From a virus, in IMG/VR virus record IMGVR_UViG_3300037851_000431, positions 41,737-105,736 of that record: a stretch of 64,000 nt of DNA; one strand, written 5' to 3'. Positions 29,611-39,258 of the stretch are shown here, piece after piece. The position numbers were made by a program, and so were the translations under genes. Positions within the stretch are counted from its first letter, which is position 1. Each line of letters opens with the position of its first letter. The notes beneath the pieces were generated by a model that had not been told where the DNA came from, ran no database searches, and saw nothing but the letters and a program-made list of their open reading frames with translations.

Positions 29611-30792
29611 ATGAAAATATTGTTTGTAGGCGACTCACCCACAGTTGAGACTGGTTTTGGCGTGGTTGCACGTAATCTGCTACCAAGATTACAAGGCTTA
29701 GGACATGAAATTCATGCTCTAGGAGTTAATTATTATGGTGATCCATACGATCAACGCAGATTTTCTTTCCCCATTGTTCCTGTTGATCATGGAAATATTG
29801 ATTTAATGTACGGGTATAGAAAACTGTGGGAAGTAGAAGATCGTGTTAAACCAGATTTACTTTTCTTTTTGAATGATCCTTGGATTATACAAAAATATAT
29901 GCAGCATAAACCTCCTAATCATAGCAGGTATTATAAATCTTTAGCATATTTTCCTATAGATGCTGGCCCATTAAAGCCTGAATGGGCAGAATTATTAAGT
30001 GGGTTCGATGCTCAGGTCTGTTATTCTAATTTTGCAGAGCGTGTTGTAATAGAAGCTAATAATAATAAGCGTCCTGATAATCTATATCAGATATATCATG
30101 GAGTAGATACAAAAACTTTCTTCCCTGTTAATCAGTCAATAGCAAGAGAAAAATTAGAACTTCCACAGGAATCTTTTATTATAGGTATGGTAGCAAGAAA
30201 CCAGTATCGAAAGAGATTTGATATACTAGTTAAAGCGTTCTCGATCTTTGCTAAAGATAAACCTAATGCTAAACTGTATTTACACACAGGGATAAAAGAT
30301 GTGGGGTTTGATATAGCCGATTTATCGAGGCAATTTAAGTTGGGGGAGAAATTAATTCTTACCGAGGGTATGGATGTACAGCAACCTATACCAGTAGAAG
30401 CATTAAATTTAATTTATAACTCTTGGGATGTAAATACACTTATAAGTTTAGGTGATGGGTTTGGATTACCTGTAGCAGAAAGCATGGCTACAGGATGTGT
30501 TCAGTTAGTTAGCGATCACTCATGTCTGAAAGAATTAGTAGACGGTCACGGTGGGTTAACGGTTAAAACAGCAGCATGGATGTTAAATACAAATGGTATT
30601 AATACTTGGGGAGGAGTTTCAGATGTGGATGATCTTGTGGATAAACTATCAATTCTTTACGCGAACAAAAATTTAAGAATAAAGATGGCGGAAGAAGGCT
30701 ATGAATTTATAACACAGGAAAAATTCTCTTGGGATTTTGCTGCCAGTGAGTTTCATAAGATAATAAAAGATATATTTCATCTGGTGAAATAA
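29611..30792 (+). CDS. Glycosyltransferase, GT4 family
   Basis: MKILFVGD...TGFG; HGVDTKTF; VARNQYRKR; GDGFGLPVAESMATG. Confidence 0.92.
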   Translation: MKILFVGDSPTVETGFGVVARNLLPRLQGLGHEIHALGVNYYGDPYDQRRFSFPIVPVDHGNIDLMYGYRKLWEVEDRVKPDLLFFLNDPWIIQKYMQHKPPNHSRYYKSLAYFPIDAGPLKPEWAELLSGFDAQVCYSNFAERVVIEANNNKRPDNLYQIYHGVDTKTFFPVNQSIAREKLELPQESFIIGMVARNQYRKRFDILVKAFSIFAKDKPNAKLYLHTGIKDVGFDIADLSRQFKLGEKLILTEGMDVQQPIPVEALNLIYNSWDVNTLISLGDGFGLPVAESMATGCVQLVSDHSCLKELVDGHGGLTVKTAAWMLNTNGINTWGGVSDVDDLVDKLSILYANKNLRIKMAEEGYEFITQEKFSWDFAASEFHKIIKDIFHLVK

Positions 30793-30795
30793 ACT

Positions 30796-31488
30796 ATGAG
30801 ACAGGCTTTAGTTATAGTAACATGGGCAGGAAATCTAGATGAAACTTTACCACCACTTTTAACTTCTTTAGAAAGATATCATAAAGTTCCTATTGTAGTT
30901 GTAGTAAATGAAGCAAAGCTTTTAAATGAAAATGTCAGGGAGTTTTTAAATAATCATTACATCTTACTAGAAAATAAGGAAGATTTATGGGAGTGTGGAG
31001 CAATCTACTCTGTATTAAAAAATACAGATTTTGATGAGTTTATTTTATTACAGGATACAATGATTGTAATTAATCCAACAGTATTTAATGTTATGTTTGA
31101 TATGAAAGATACTACTGTAACATTAGGTAAAGAGTGGAGATGTTATCTAGGAAAATATAGACGGAAAGTTTTAGAAAAACTTCGAATACCTAAGACAACA
31201 ACAAAATTACACTCTATGGTACAGGAAGTTGCATTGGCTTATTTTTATATCAAAGCAGCTACAGATGAACCCTACCTTCATTATTTATGTGAAGATTGGG
31301 GGGATGATAATCCTAATAATAAAATAGTTGAATTTTATGGGAGAAAGAATCTTGTATTAGACAATCCATATATATTAAAATATAAAGCTACGGTTGCAAC
31401 AGCCAAAGAGGGTGCATTTGCTACAACAAATATTACATGGGAAGAATTAACAGACAATTGGAATAAAACAGGAGATTATTTTAACTAG
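30796..31488 (+). CDS. Putative GT-A-fold glycosyltransferase
   Basis: N-terminal LVIVTW, WECGAI and FILLQDT (DxD-like position); adjacent to the GT4 gene. Confidence 0.55.
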   Translation: MRQALVIVTWAGNLDETLPPLLTSLERYHKVPIVVVVNEAKLLNENVREFLNNHYILLENKEDLWECGAIYSVLKNTDFDEFILLQDTMIVINPTVFNVMFDMKDTTVTLGKEWRCYLGKYRRKVLEKLRIPKTTTKLHSMVQEVALAYFYIKAATDEPYLHYLCEDWGDDNPNNKIVEFYGRKNLVLDNPYILKYKATVATAKEGAFATTNITWEELTDNWNKTGDYFN

Positions 31489-31499
31489 GAGGTGATTAC

Positions 31500-32138
31500 A
31501 TGGCATCAACAAACATATTAGACTACACACCAAAATTTCAATTTGGTCAGGCGGGAGTACCTTGGGCGCTTCAAAAAGTAGCTTGTACTGATACTTGTGT
31601 TCAAATGATTATTAATTATTATAAGGATAGATACATAAGTCTTAATGAAGTTAGAAAAGACTCGGGTGTTGCTCCTTATGGAACAGGTTTAACAGTCACT
31701 CAAGCTTTAAAATCATTAAGTGCTAACGGAGTAACACATTATAGATGGACACTAGGATATGATCGAGTATTTATGCTTGGTCGATTAAAGCTGGGTCCGG
31801 TTATTGTATCAACATATTATAAATACTATCCTATTTGGGACGGTAAGAAATGCACAGGTACCAATAAGGCTCAGATAGGAGGAAAAACTGATTGCTACTT
31901 TACTGGTGCCCATGCAGTACTGGTAATCAAGGCGATACCTGTTTATTCTGATGGAAAATTACTTAGATATGATTATCTTGTACGCGATCCAGATCATAAT
32001 TCTCCCGGTCGTCCAGAAAAGCCTAAGTATGATCGAATGACAGAAACACAGTTAAAGAGGGCAATGGAGTATATAAAGTATCTTCCTGTATGGGAAAAAC
32101 CGTCTGTTATGTATCCAACACAGAGAAAAATATTATAG
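31500..32138 (+). CDS. Peptidase C39-like cysteine hydrolase, putative endolysin
   Basis: Q..ACTDTCVQMII, GAHAVLV and VRDPD suggest a Cys-His-Asp triad; next to the holin. Confidence 0.7.
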   Translation: MASTNILDYTPKFQFGQAGVPWALQKVACTDTCVQMIINYYKDRYISLNEVRKDSGVAPYGTGLTVTQALKSLSANGVTHYRWTLGYDRVFMLGRLKLGPVIVSTYYKYYPIWDGKKCTGTNKAQIGGKTDCYFTGAHAVLVIKAIPVYSDGKLLRYDYLVRDPDHNSPGRPEKPKYDRMTETQLKRAMEYIKYLPVWEKPSVMYPTQRKIL

Positions 32139-32141
32139 GAG

Positions 32142-32426
32142 ATGATAAATATGCCACAAGGTATTCTTGTCCCGTATACGCTGCTTGAAAAAGTACCAGC
32201 GTGGGCAAATCTAAATCCAGCAACTAAGGCTGTCTTATTAAGAGCAATTAAAGCAGCCGTTGCTACATTTATTTCTATTCTATTAGCTGCTGCTACAGCA
32301 GGAGTATTATTTCCTGTTGAATGGAGTCCTGTAGTAGTTATTGCTATCACTACAATTCTACAGACAATAGACAAGGCTCTACGATCAACACCGGATGAGC
32401 CACCACCAACTGATCCTACTGAATAG
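32142..32426 (+). CDS. Putative holin
   Basis: Small protein with two hydrophobic helices and a charged tail, after the lysin. Confidence 0.65.
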   Translation: MINMPQGILVPYTLLEKVPAWANLNPATKAVLLRAIKAAVATFISILLAAATAGVLFPVEWSPVVVIAITTILQTIDKALRSTPDEPPPTDPTE

Positions 32427-32430
32427 TTAG

Positions 32431-32460
32431 CTAAGGGAGCCTAGCGGCTCCCTTAGTATA
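32431..32460. terminator. Hairpin terminator ending the late operon (possibly bidirectional)
   Basis: 10-bp perfect stem CTAAGGGAGC/GCTCCCTTAG. Confidence 0.65.
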
Positions 32461-32586
32461 TATAATACATATTATTATATTATAATAGTAAAATAAGACG
32501 GGTTGAAACCGGACCTGTTCAGAGTCTATGATGAAAGCAGAGCAGGGACGGGAAACTTCGACCGAAGGCAAGGAGGCTTCGTAACC

Positions 32587-32616
32587 ACTATACCCGAACC
32601 GTTCAATGAATGTCAA
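32587..32616 (-). promoter_or_regulatory. Sigma70-type promoter, antisense orientation
   Basis: TTGACA-N18-TATAGT on the minus strand. Confidence 0.55.
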
Positions 32617-32653
32617 GATTTGACTAATATAACCAACAAGGAGAATGATTTAA

Positions 32654-33391
32654 ATGCCGTTCGCAGAGACAACCAGAACATCTACTGAAACACGAAAAAG
32701 AACTTCTGACAATTATGTTAAGTTTACCGATAATTATCGGGTGATATTACGCATCCTCAACACAACCGCCCGTGTTGCATGGAAGCATTGGATACCAGAG
32801 GCTAATGGTGGTCGTGGTCTAATGGCTACTTGCCCTAATGTTGGATCACAGGTTAGGCCGTGCCCCATTGAAAAAATGTCTGCTGGTAAGGCAAAGGATG
32901 ACGCAGAGTATACCGAGCGTCGGGCACGACCAAGATACATTGTAAATGTGCTAGATCGAACGCCTCATGTTGTTTGTCCTAACTGTAATACTACAACTCC
33001 CGGTAAGGTTTGCCAGAGTTGTAAGGCAGATGTAAGTAAAGAGAAGTCCTTTCCTTTGAATAAGGTTAAGATTCTTGAGCAGGGACCAAGACTGTTTAAT
33101 GAGCAGTTGAATGCTGTTGAGAAACTTCAGCAGGAAGAGTTGAACGCTGAAATTACTGATTACGATATCGTATTTCAGACTAATGGATCAGGTCGTGATC
33201 GGAAGATTACAGCCATTCCACAGCAGCCAAAGGAATTAGATGCTAGTGTTCTAGTTGATCCTGAAACTGGTGAGGAGCAGAAACTTTTTGATTTGGATGC
33301 CCTATGTGAGCCTAACACAGTCGAAGAGATTGAGGCTATGCTTCGGGGAGCAACGATAGAGGAGTTAAATGCCCTAAGAGGAATTGTATAA
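32654..33391 (+). CDS. Single-stranded DNA-binding protein, T4 gp32-like, with Zn-ribbon insert
   Basis: H...CP...CP, YIVNVLDR, YDIVFQTNGSGRD patterns and an acidic C-terminus. Confidence 0.7.
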   Translation: MPFAETTRTSTETRKRTSDNYVKFTDNYRVILRILNTTARVAWKHWIPEANGGRGLMATCPNVGSQVRPCPIEKMSAGKAKDDAEYTERRARPRYIVNVLDRTPHVVCPNCNTTTPGKVCQSCKADVSKEKSFPLNKVKILEQGPRLFNEQLNAVEKLQQEELNAEITDYDIVFQTNGSGRDRKITAIPQQPKELDASVLVDPETGEEQKLFDLDALCEPNTVEEIEAMLRGATIEELNALRGIV

Positions 33392-33717
33392 TGGTTGATC
33401 CAAATCTTTTTAATGACATAGAAAAGTTTCTTAAGTCAGGTGACTTCCCTTGGCCAACCGATCCTCTAGTATCGGAGGATGAGTGGAAGACACTTATTCT
33501 TTCTGCTAATGATTATAATGGTGGCCCAATATTTGCTGATCAGGCAGAAGGTCTACTCCGATGGGCAGAAAACATAAGGGTAGGATCAGTATTGCTTGAT
33601 CTGGTTCTTAATGGGCTAGTAAATATTGTCCCCAATGATGAGGATTCAATGAATCCATCATTCATAATTTCTGAACACGGTAAAAAGGTATTTGATGCAG
33701 GAACCCAAATCTCTTGA
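33391..33717 (+). CDS. Hypothetical protein
   Basis: Overlapping stop/start in the replication operon. Confidence 0.55.
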   Translation: MVDPNLFNDIEKFLKSGDFPWPTDPLVSEDEWKTLILSANDYNGGPIFADQAEGLLRWAENIRVGSVLLDLVLNGLVNIVPNDEDSMNPSFIISEHGKKVFDAGTQIS

Positions 33718-34066
33718 TCAATGGCGGCAGGAGATTCGGGTAATTGGAAAGAAACATTGGGGCACCTTCTACGAGTCATTCGTAGGGGTGCCCATTTCCA
33801 ATTATCCACGATTCTATCGTGCGCTCAATTTATATGGTGAATGGGCAATTCTTGAGGCTATCATTTCTAGCTCTAATCAAACTCTAATAGGTGATCCTCT
33901 ACCATATGTATTAAAGGTCGCTCAAACTAAGTGGAAAGAAGATCAACTAGTTAAAGATGAGGCAATTAATTACGAGGATACCATAAGAGAGGCTATCGAA
34001 AATAGCAGAAAACATAATGAAGAGTTAGATAAAAAGCTAAAGAAAGCAAAGGCCCGAAGGAGGTAA
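33695..34066 (+). CDS. DnaD-like/helicase loader-like protein
   Basis: AILEAI...YVLKVAQTKW resembles the DnaD C-terminal motif; directly upstream of DnaB. Confidence 0.4.
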   Translation: MQEPKSLDQWRQEIRVIGKKHWGTFYESFVGVPISNYPRFYRALNLYGEWAILEAIISSSNQTLIGDPLPYVLKVAQTKWKEDQLVKDEAINYEDTIREAIENSRKHNEELDKKLKKAKARRR

Positions 34067-34069
34067 GTA

Positions 34070-35368
34070 TTGAATACTATCCCGTTCTCAGAAGAGTTTG
34101 AAAAGGCGGTCATTGTAGCAGTACTGACCGATCCAAGAATTCTATCCAAAATTCAAGGTACACTAGCCCCGGAAGATTTCTACAAAGAAGCACACAAAGA
34201 AATCTTCCGGGTCATTGTTGATATAGAGGTAGATAATATTGACTCACTAACTATCGAAGATAGGCTAAGTGAGAAGACTAAGGAATACTTTAAAACCCTC
34301 GTTGAAGATAGCGACAGGATGCTTCCCTCGCTTTCTAATGCTGTGTTTTATGCTGAATCTATTAAAGCAAAATCTAAACTAAGAAGCGGTATCGATCTAG
34401 GACAAAAAATAATTGCTTCATGTTATCAGTCTACAGTTGATGCTGATGTAGTGTTAGCTGATTTAGAGCAAATGTTTTCAGAGTTTATACACAAAAGGGT
34501 GCAAGATTCTGAAAAAGAGACAACCAAGGAACAATTTAAAGAATTTTTTGAAAACCTAGGTCATCGTATCAAAGATGACATAGGAGTTAAATCAGGTTTT
34601 TATGATCTTGATCTCATTTTACATAGATTAGAGGGATTAATCATTCTTGCTGCAAGACCGGGGATGGGTAAGACAGCGATGGCAATTAATATTGCGCGCA
34701 ATGTAGCCCAAACAAGGCCAGTATTATTCTTCTCATTGGAACAAGCAAAGGATCAAATATTTGAGAGAATGCTAGCAGCAGAATCGGAAATAAGTCTTGA
34801 AGAAATTAAGACAGGCTCATTTATTGGTGACACGATGACAAAGGCTGCCGTGCAAACGGGCAAAGAGTCTTTGTTAAAAGTCATGGACAATTTACATGTG
34901 GATGATACGCCGAGCGTATCAAGCGGTTATATCTCTTCCGTTACTAGACAAAAGATGTTTGAGTGGGGAAACATAGGATTAATCGTTGTTGATTATCTTC
35001 ACATCATGAGCCTTCCCGAAGGAAACAAAGTAGATACATTAGGAGATGCTGTTAAACAATTAAGGGCGCTAGGAAAAGAGTTGGATTGTCCTGTTCTATT
35101 ACTTAGCCAGTTATCCAGACAAACTGAAAGTGATGAAAGATCAAAGGTAAAGCGTAGACCGCGTATGTCTGATCTTCGATCCTCTGGTGAGATTGAACAG
35201 TCAGCCGATGTAGTACTTTTTATTTATAGAGATTCATATTATCAAGAACCCGGATTAACACCTGACGCAGATACCGCAGAAATTATTGTATCAAAACAGC
35301 GCAATGGACGCCAAGGTATTGTACCTATCCGTTGGTATCCAGCGTTTACTAAATTTAAAAACTTATAG
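34070..35368 (+). CDS. dnaB: Replicative DNA helicase
   Basis: ARPGMGKT, FSLEQ, IVVDYL, LSQLSR, DLRSSGEIEQSADVV and KQRNG motifs. Confidence 0.97.
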   Translation: MNTIPFSEEFEKAVIVAVLTDPRILSKIQGTLAPEDFYKEAHKEIFRVIVDIEVDNIDSLTIEDRLSEKTKEYFKTLVEDSDRMLPSLSNAVFYAESIKAKSKLRSGIDLGQKIIASCYQSTVDADVVLADLEQMFSEFIHKRVQDSEKETTKEQFKEFFENLGHRIKDDIGVKSGFYDLDLILHRLEGLIILAARPGMGKTAMAINIARNVAQTRPVLFFSLEQAKDQIFERMLAAESEISLEEIKTGSFIGDTMTKAAVQTGKESLLKVMDNLHVDDTPSVSSGYISSVTRQKMFEWGNIGLIVVDYLHIMSLPEGNKVDTLGDAVKQLRALGKELDCPVLLLSQLSRQTESDERSKVKRRPRMSDLRSSGEIEQSADVVLFIYRDSYYQEPGLTPDADTAEIIVSKQRNGRQGIVPIRWYPAFTKFKNL

Positions 35369-35382
35369 TCAGGTGAGAATTA

Positions 35383-36006
35383 ATGGTTTACACAAAAAGA
35401 CCTAGAAAAGAATATCGATGTAGTTGTGGTAAAATATTTCTTAAATGGCAGGGTATATGTCCTTCATGTAAGAAGGCAGGAACAATACAAGAATACATAC
35501 TTGTTCCTGCTAAAGCAAAACCTACAGCAAGTCAACAAACATTACAGCGTAGAGCTAAAAGATCAGAGCGTGGTATAGCCAAGCGTATGTTGGAAGCAGA
35601 TGGTGCTGATCCCGCATACAAAAATGTCACCACAACTACTGGAAGAGTAGGACATATAACTGGTATGAGGATCGATGCTATAAGTCGATCCTATGTTACA
35701 GAAAATAAGAATAGAAAAATGCCTTCATGGTTAATAGATGCATGGATATTAATTAACCAGAGAGGTAAATCTTTCAACAAAAATGTTTTACTTCACATTG
35801 AACCGCCCAACATGCCAAAAAATTTCCCTATTGATGGGAGTCTAGAAAAGCTAGATACAATGGCTGTTATAACGCAAACTCGTCATGAGGAGCTAATCAA
35901 AAACGAGAGGTTATTGCAGGACTTACTGGACGAAATTTTCTCAGACAATCCAGTTTATAAAGACCTTCAAAGTAGGGCATGGGAGTTGAAAGATAGGTAC
36001 AAGTAG
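35383..36006 (+). CDS. RadA-type Zn ribbon fused to a PD-(D/E)xK nuclease, putative Holliday junction resolvase
   Basis: YRCSCG...KWQGICPSC N-terminus; ERGIAK...RIDAI...TENK nuclease-like motif. Confidence 0.55.
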   Translation: MVYTKRPRKEYRCSCGKIFLKWQGICPSCKKAGTIQEYILVPAKAKPTASQQTLQRRAKRSERGIAKRMLEADGADPAYKNVTTTTGRVGHITGMRIDAISRSYVTENKNRKMPSWLIDAWILINQRGKSFNKNVLLHIEPPNMPKNFPIDGSLEKLDTMAVITQTRHEELIKNERLLQDLLDEIFSDNPVYKDLQSRAWELKDRYK

Positions 36007-36042
36007 GTTGCGAAAGCATAATATCGTGAGGTAACTACCGTC

Positions 36043-36393
36043 ATGTCACAGGATCAAAATCGTAGGGAGAAGTCTAAAATTTGGGTTGACATAAAGAGTG
36101 GCAAAAGGCTAACATGTATGCATGAGGTTGATCAGGAGCGACAAGACCGGCTTGTCGCATCTGACAAGACGGGAGCAGTAAATGTAGGGAGATATAAAAC
36201 TATGATTAGCTCAGATTTTTGGGGGGAGTTTATAGACTACGCCAAACTCCTATACAAATACAACGAAGATGTTGAAGTCTATGATGTTTTTATGTTTATC
36301 AGAGAACAGCATGGCAACCGACCTTTCAGTGACGCTTTTTTAAAGGATATTGATAGGGAGATTGCCAATGAAGAGGCGCGTAAAAACAAGTGA
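36043..36393 (+). CDS. Hypothetical protein
   Basis: SD GAGGT; 116 aa. Confidence 0.55.
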   Translation: MSQDQNRREKSKIWVDIKSGKRLTCMHEVDQERQDRLVASDKTGAVNVGRYKTMISSDFWGEFIDYAKLLYKYNEDVEVYDVFMFIREQHGNRPFSDAFLKDIDREIANEEARKNK

Positions 36394-36683
36394 ACATTGA
36401 TGAGTTATACAAAGAGGTTGTTGCATATCTTAATGATATTGATGTAACTGAGGATGGTCCCCATCTATGGGATAACTATGAAAAGATAACATCGATACTA
36501 GTTAGGCTAACACAGATTAGAATAGAGTTAGCGTGGGAAGAAATTAATGGGAGGTCAGCAACAGAGGCTAAGAAGTTTAGAACCATGATTGTTGACCCAG
36601 CAATTGAGCGCGTAGGTGATGTGGCTCGTTACGAAAGTCGCAAGATTTCTGCTCGCCAAATAGAAGCACAAATGGAGAAGTGA
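36390..36683 (+). CDS. Hypothetical helical protein
   Basis: GTGA overlap with the upstream gene. Confidence 0.55.
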   Translation: MNIDELYKEVVAYLNDIDVTEDGPHLWDNYEKITSILVRLTQIRIELAWEEINGRSATEAKKFRTMIVDPAIERVGDVARYESRKISARQIEAQMEK

Positions 36684-36699
36684 TTTAACCTTGGAAGAA

Positions 36700-36843
36700 A
36701 TGAGCGAATACTGTTCTTGGTGTGATTTTGGGTATGATAGTCCAGATGATTGTACCTGTGATGAAAATTGTGGTGCAGTAGGATGCCAAGGTGGTTTAGG
36801 AGTTGAGTATGCGTGGCAGCTAGAGATGTTCCCGGCAAATTAG
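36700..36843 (+). CDS. Cys-rich 47-aa peptide (not in ORF track)
   Basis: MSEYCSWCDFGYDSPDDCTCDENCGAVGCQ...; fills the intergenic gap. Confidence 0.5.
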   Translation: MSEYCSWCDFGYDSPDDCTCDENCGAVGCQGGLGVEYAWQLEMFPAN

Positions 36844-36991
36844 TCGAGAAAATGAATAAAAAGATATTCATTATGGTCAACCGTGCTGGACAGACAGGTA
36901 GGTATGGAGTCAAAGGCCCGGTTGAAAGACGCGAAGAGTATATCAAGAATAAACAGAGAAGAATGAAGGCGAAAGGACCAAAGATTTATCC

Positions 36992-37207
36992 ATGATCGGA
37001 GATTATAGTGTTTATACAATGTATCGTGGCCCGCTCACAATTGTTGAGGTTGAGTTTGAGGGTGTTCGGGCGCGAGGCAACTCCCGGCTACACCCTGACG
37101 ATACATACGATCCCAACCTAGGGCTAGCGTTGGCCTACGCCCGTGCTATTGAGCGGCTGGGCGCAAAGCTACGCAAGCGAACCATGAGGGTTGTAAATAG
37201 CCGATGA
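36992..37207 (+). CDS. DUF1876-like (dsRBD-fold) protein
   Basis: GNSRLHPDD.YDP.LGLALAYARA motif. Confidence 0.55.
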   Translation: MIGDYSVYTMYRGPLTIVEVEFEGVRARGNSRLHPDDTYDPNLGLALAYARAIERLGAKLRKRTMRVVNSR

Positions 37208-37440
37208 GCCAACGAAGGTTTGTAGTTGTACTAATGCCTGACTATGATCGGGCACTAGCAGCTAAGAAAATTTTTGAGAAAGAGAACCCTGAGATTACTT
37301 ATCAGATTAGGCGTAAGAGGGGAGGTTCGTTTGCTGTAGTTAAACGACTACAATCGGATGAACCTAATCCTACAACTAGAAGCAAGAAGCGGCGGAATAG
37401 GTATAGGTATTTTGCAGAAGAGGAATCAAATGAAAATTAA
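37204..37440 (+). CDS. Basic hypothetical protein
   Basis: ATGA overlap with the upstream gene. Confidence 0.5.
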   Translation: MSQRRFVVVLMPDYDRALAAKKIFEKENPEITYQIRRKRGGSFAVVKRLQSDEPNPTTRSKKRRNRYRYFAEEESNEN

Positions 37441-37667
37441 AGATGCTCTTGTTCTAAATAAGAATTGGAATCTATGGGGATACACTGATAAGAAGATCAA
37501 AAATCTCCAAGCGTGGGCAGTCTATCCTGAAGATAAGCGTGGCTATGCCATAACCTTATTTGGTACGCTACCTAATGGTAAGAAGAGTATTCAGATTTGT
37601 ATTGAAGAGGATATGCTGATTAAACTGTTGGATGATATTAACCTGCTCAAGTTGAGGAACAAGAAAA

Positions 37668-37937
37668 ATGACTTCTGATACTATTGCTAACTCTAAGATG
37701 CTGCTTACCAATAAGAATAGTGAAAGTTTTTATCTTGGTTCACCCAAGCACGTTAAATCTACAAACAAAGGCTACTCAGTCCGATGGGCAGTAGCCTCTA
37801 GTCCCCCGATTCAGACATATCCTTATGATCGTGCTGTTCTTTTTGATGGCAGCGGTACTCTTATTACTTCCGTTAGGATTGTTCCTACTATCATTCCTGA
37901 TAATATTAAGGAAATTACGCTAACACTCAATTCTTGA
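37668..37937 (+). CDS. Hypothetical protein
   Basis: SD GAGG; operon packing. Confidence 0.5.
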   Translation: MTSDTIANSKMLLTNKNSESFYLGSPKHVKSTNKGYSVRWAVASSPPIQTYPYDRAVLFDGSGTLITSVRIVPTIIPDNIKEITLTLNS

Positions 37938-37950
37938 AACGATTAACCGG

Positions 37951-37987
37951 AATTTTTTTCAGGAAAAATTTTCAAGACTTTTTAGAA
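37951..37987 (+). repeat. 37-bp dispersed repeat, copy 1
   Basis: 33/37 identical to 45828-45864. Confidence 0.75.
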
Positions 37988-37997
37988 AGGTGATTTA

Positions 37998-38810
37998 ATG
38001 TCATTACAGATGCGAAGTATTAGTTATTCGTACTTACATACATTTGCCTGTCCTTATGCGGCATTCCTGCGATATCAGGGTGGGCTTAAAGGTAAGACGA
38101 CTAAATACTTGGCACTAGGCAATGCCCTTCATCTAGCCTTAGAGGAAGGGCATCGTCTTGTACCTTGGGATTTCCCGAAGGTAGTCAAGTTATTTAAAGA
38201 TGAGTTTATGAGAATTATATGGGATGATGAGGTAGCAGTAGGTTGGCCCGAAATTAAAAAGATGGAAGGCGAGGGTATAAAAATGCTGGAAATCTTTGAG
38301 GGTCAGAGAAGCGAAGGATTATTTCCAGCGACACCAACAGACATAGAGAAAGAATTTAGGCTAGCCTTTAATAATATAGAAATCATAGGTAAAATGGATC
38401 GCATTGATATTATTGACGATCAACTGATTGTTTCTGATTATAAAAGTGGCAGCAAGGAACCTGATCTATGGTTTTTAAGGCATAATTTACAGTTTACAGT
38501 ATATGCTTGGGCAACCAAAGAATTATATGGTAAACTTCCAGATAAAATTTATTGGCATCACCTTCGAAACGGAAAAAGATTAGAAACTACTAGAACAGAT
38601 GAAGATATCGCTGAATTACAGCGAACCATTTCTAGTGTTATTGGTATGAATGAAAACGGTACACGTTATAGGATTTATCATGAGTATATCTGCGGTTTTT
38701 GTGAATACAAAGGGGAAATCTGTGATGACAGAGAGTTGGAACAAAGAATCATCCTTGATTCCGAGGCTTCATATAGAAGCATTGAAGGAAGCAGAAAAAT
38801 CTCCTTGTGA
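37998..38810 (+). CDS. PD-(D/E)xK exonuclease, Cas4/RecB/AddB-like
   Basis: CPY; GNALH; GKMDRID...SDYKSG; QFTVY; CGFCEYKGEIC. Confidence 0.9.
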   Translation: MSLQMRSISYSYLHTFACPYAAFLRYQGGLKGKTTKYLALGNALHLALEEGHRLVPWDFPKVVKLFKDEFMRIIWDDEVAVGWPEIKKMEGEGIKMLEIFEGQRSEGLFPATPTDIEKEFRLAFNNIEIIGKMDRIDIIDDQLIVSDYKSGSKEPDLWFLRHNLQFTVYAWATKELYGKLPDKIYWHHLRNGKRLETTRTDEDIAELQRTISSVIGMNENGTRYRIYHEYICGFCEYKGEICDDRELEQRIILDSEASYRSIEGSRKISL

Positions 38811-39258
38811 AAGACGTAAGTATGGTATGTCTCTGGCTTTGGGAAATGTTATTTTTGCATATCATAATGAAAGGGTGTGTGACTCTTGTAATGATGGATG
38901 TATTAGAACAAAGCTAGGACTACGGGCAGGGGAGAGAACAGAGATAGGTGCAGAGATTCATGCTGAACAGGCTATGCTAATAAATGGGGGCGGAAAGATA
39001 AGCCATAAAGTAAAACATAGTTTGTTTTTGGCTGGTTTGGAAGATGGTAAAGAATTACTAGACCCCAAACCCTGCCCAACTTGCGCCAAGATGCTTCTCT
39101 ATGCTGGATATAAATACTACTATACAGCTTCTCTTGATTTGTCTGATGTTTTTGACAGTTCTTATGTTTCTTATACTAGGTATAGCATAGATGATCTAGT
39201 TAAAGAGTATGAGAGGGAGGCCCGAAGTGCCGCACGATATAGTACATCTAAAACCTAG
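38724..39258 (+). CDS. dCMP deaminase-family protein
   Basis: SPCERRKYG, IHAEQA and PCPTCAK Zn motifs. Start is approximate. Confidence 0.85.

Noticed and set aside
37998-38810. CRISPR-Cas system suggested by the Cas4-like gene
   Set aside because: No array or other cas genes are present. Stand-alone Cas4-like nucleases are common in phage replication modules.
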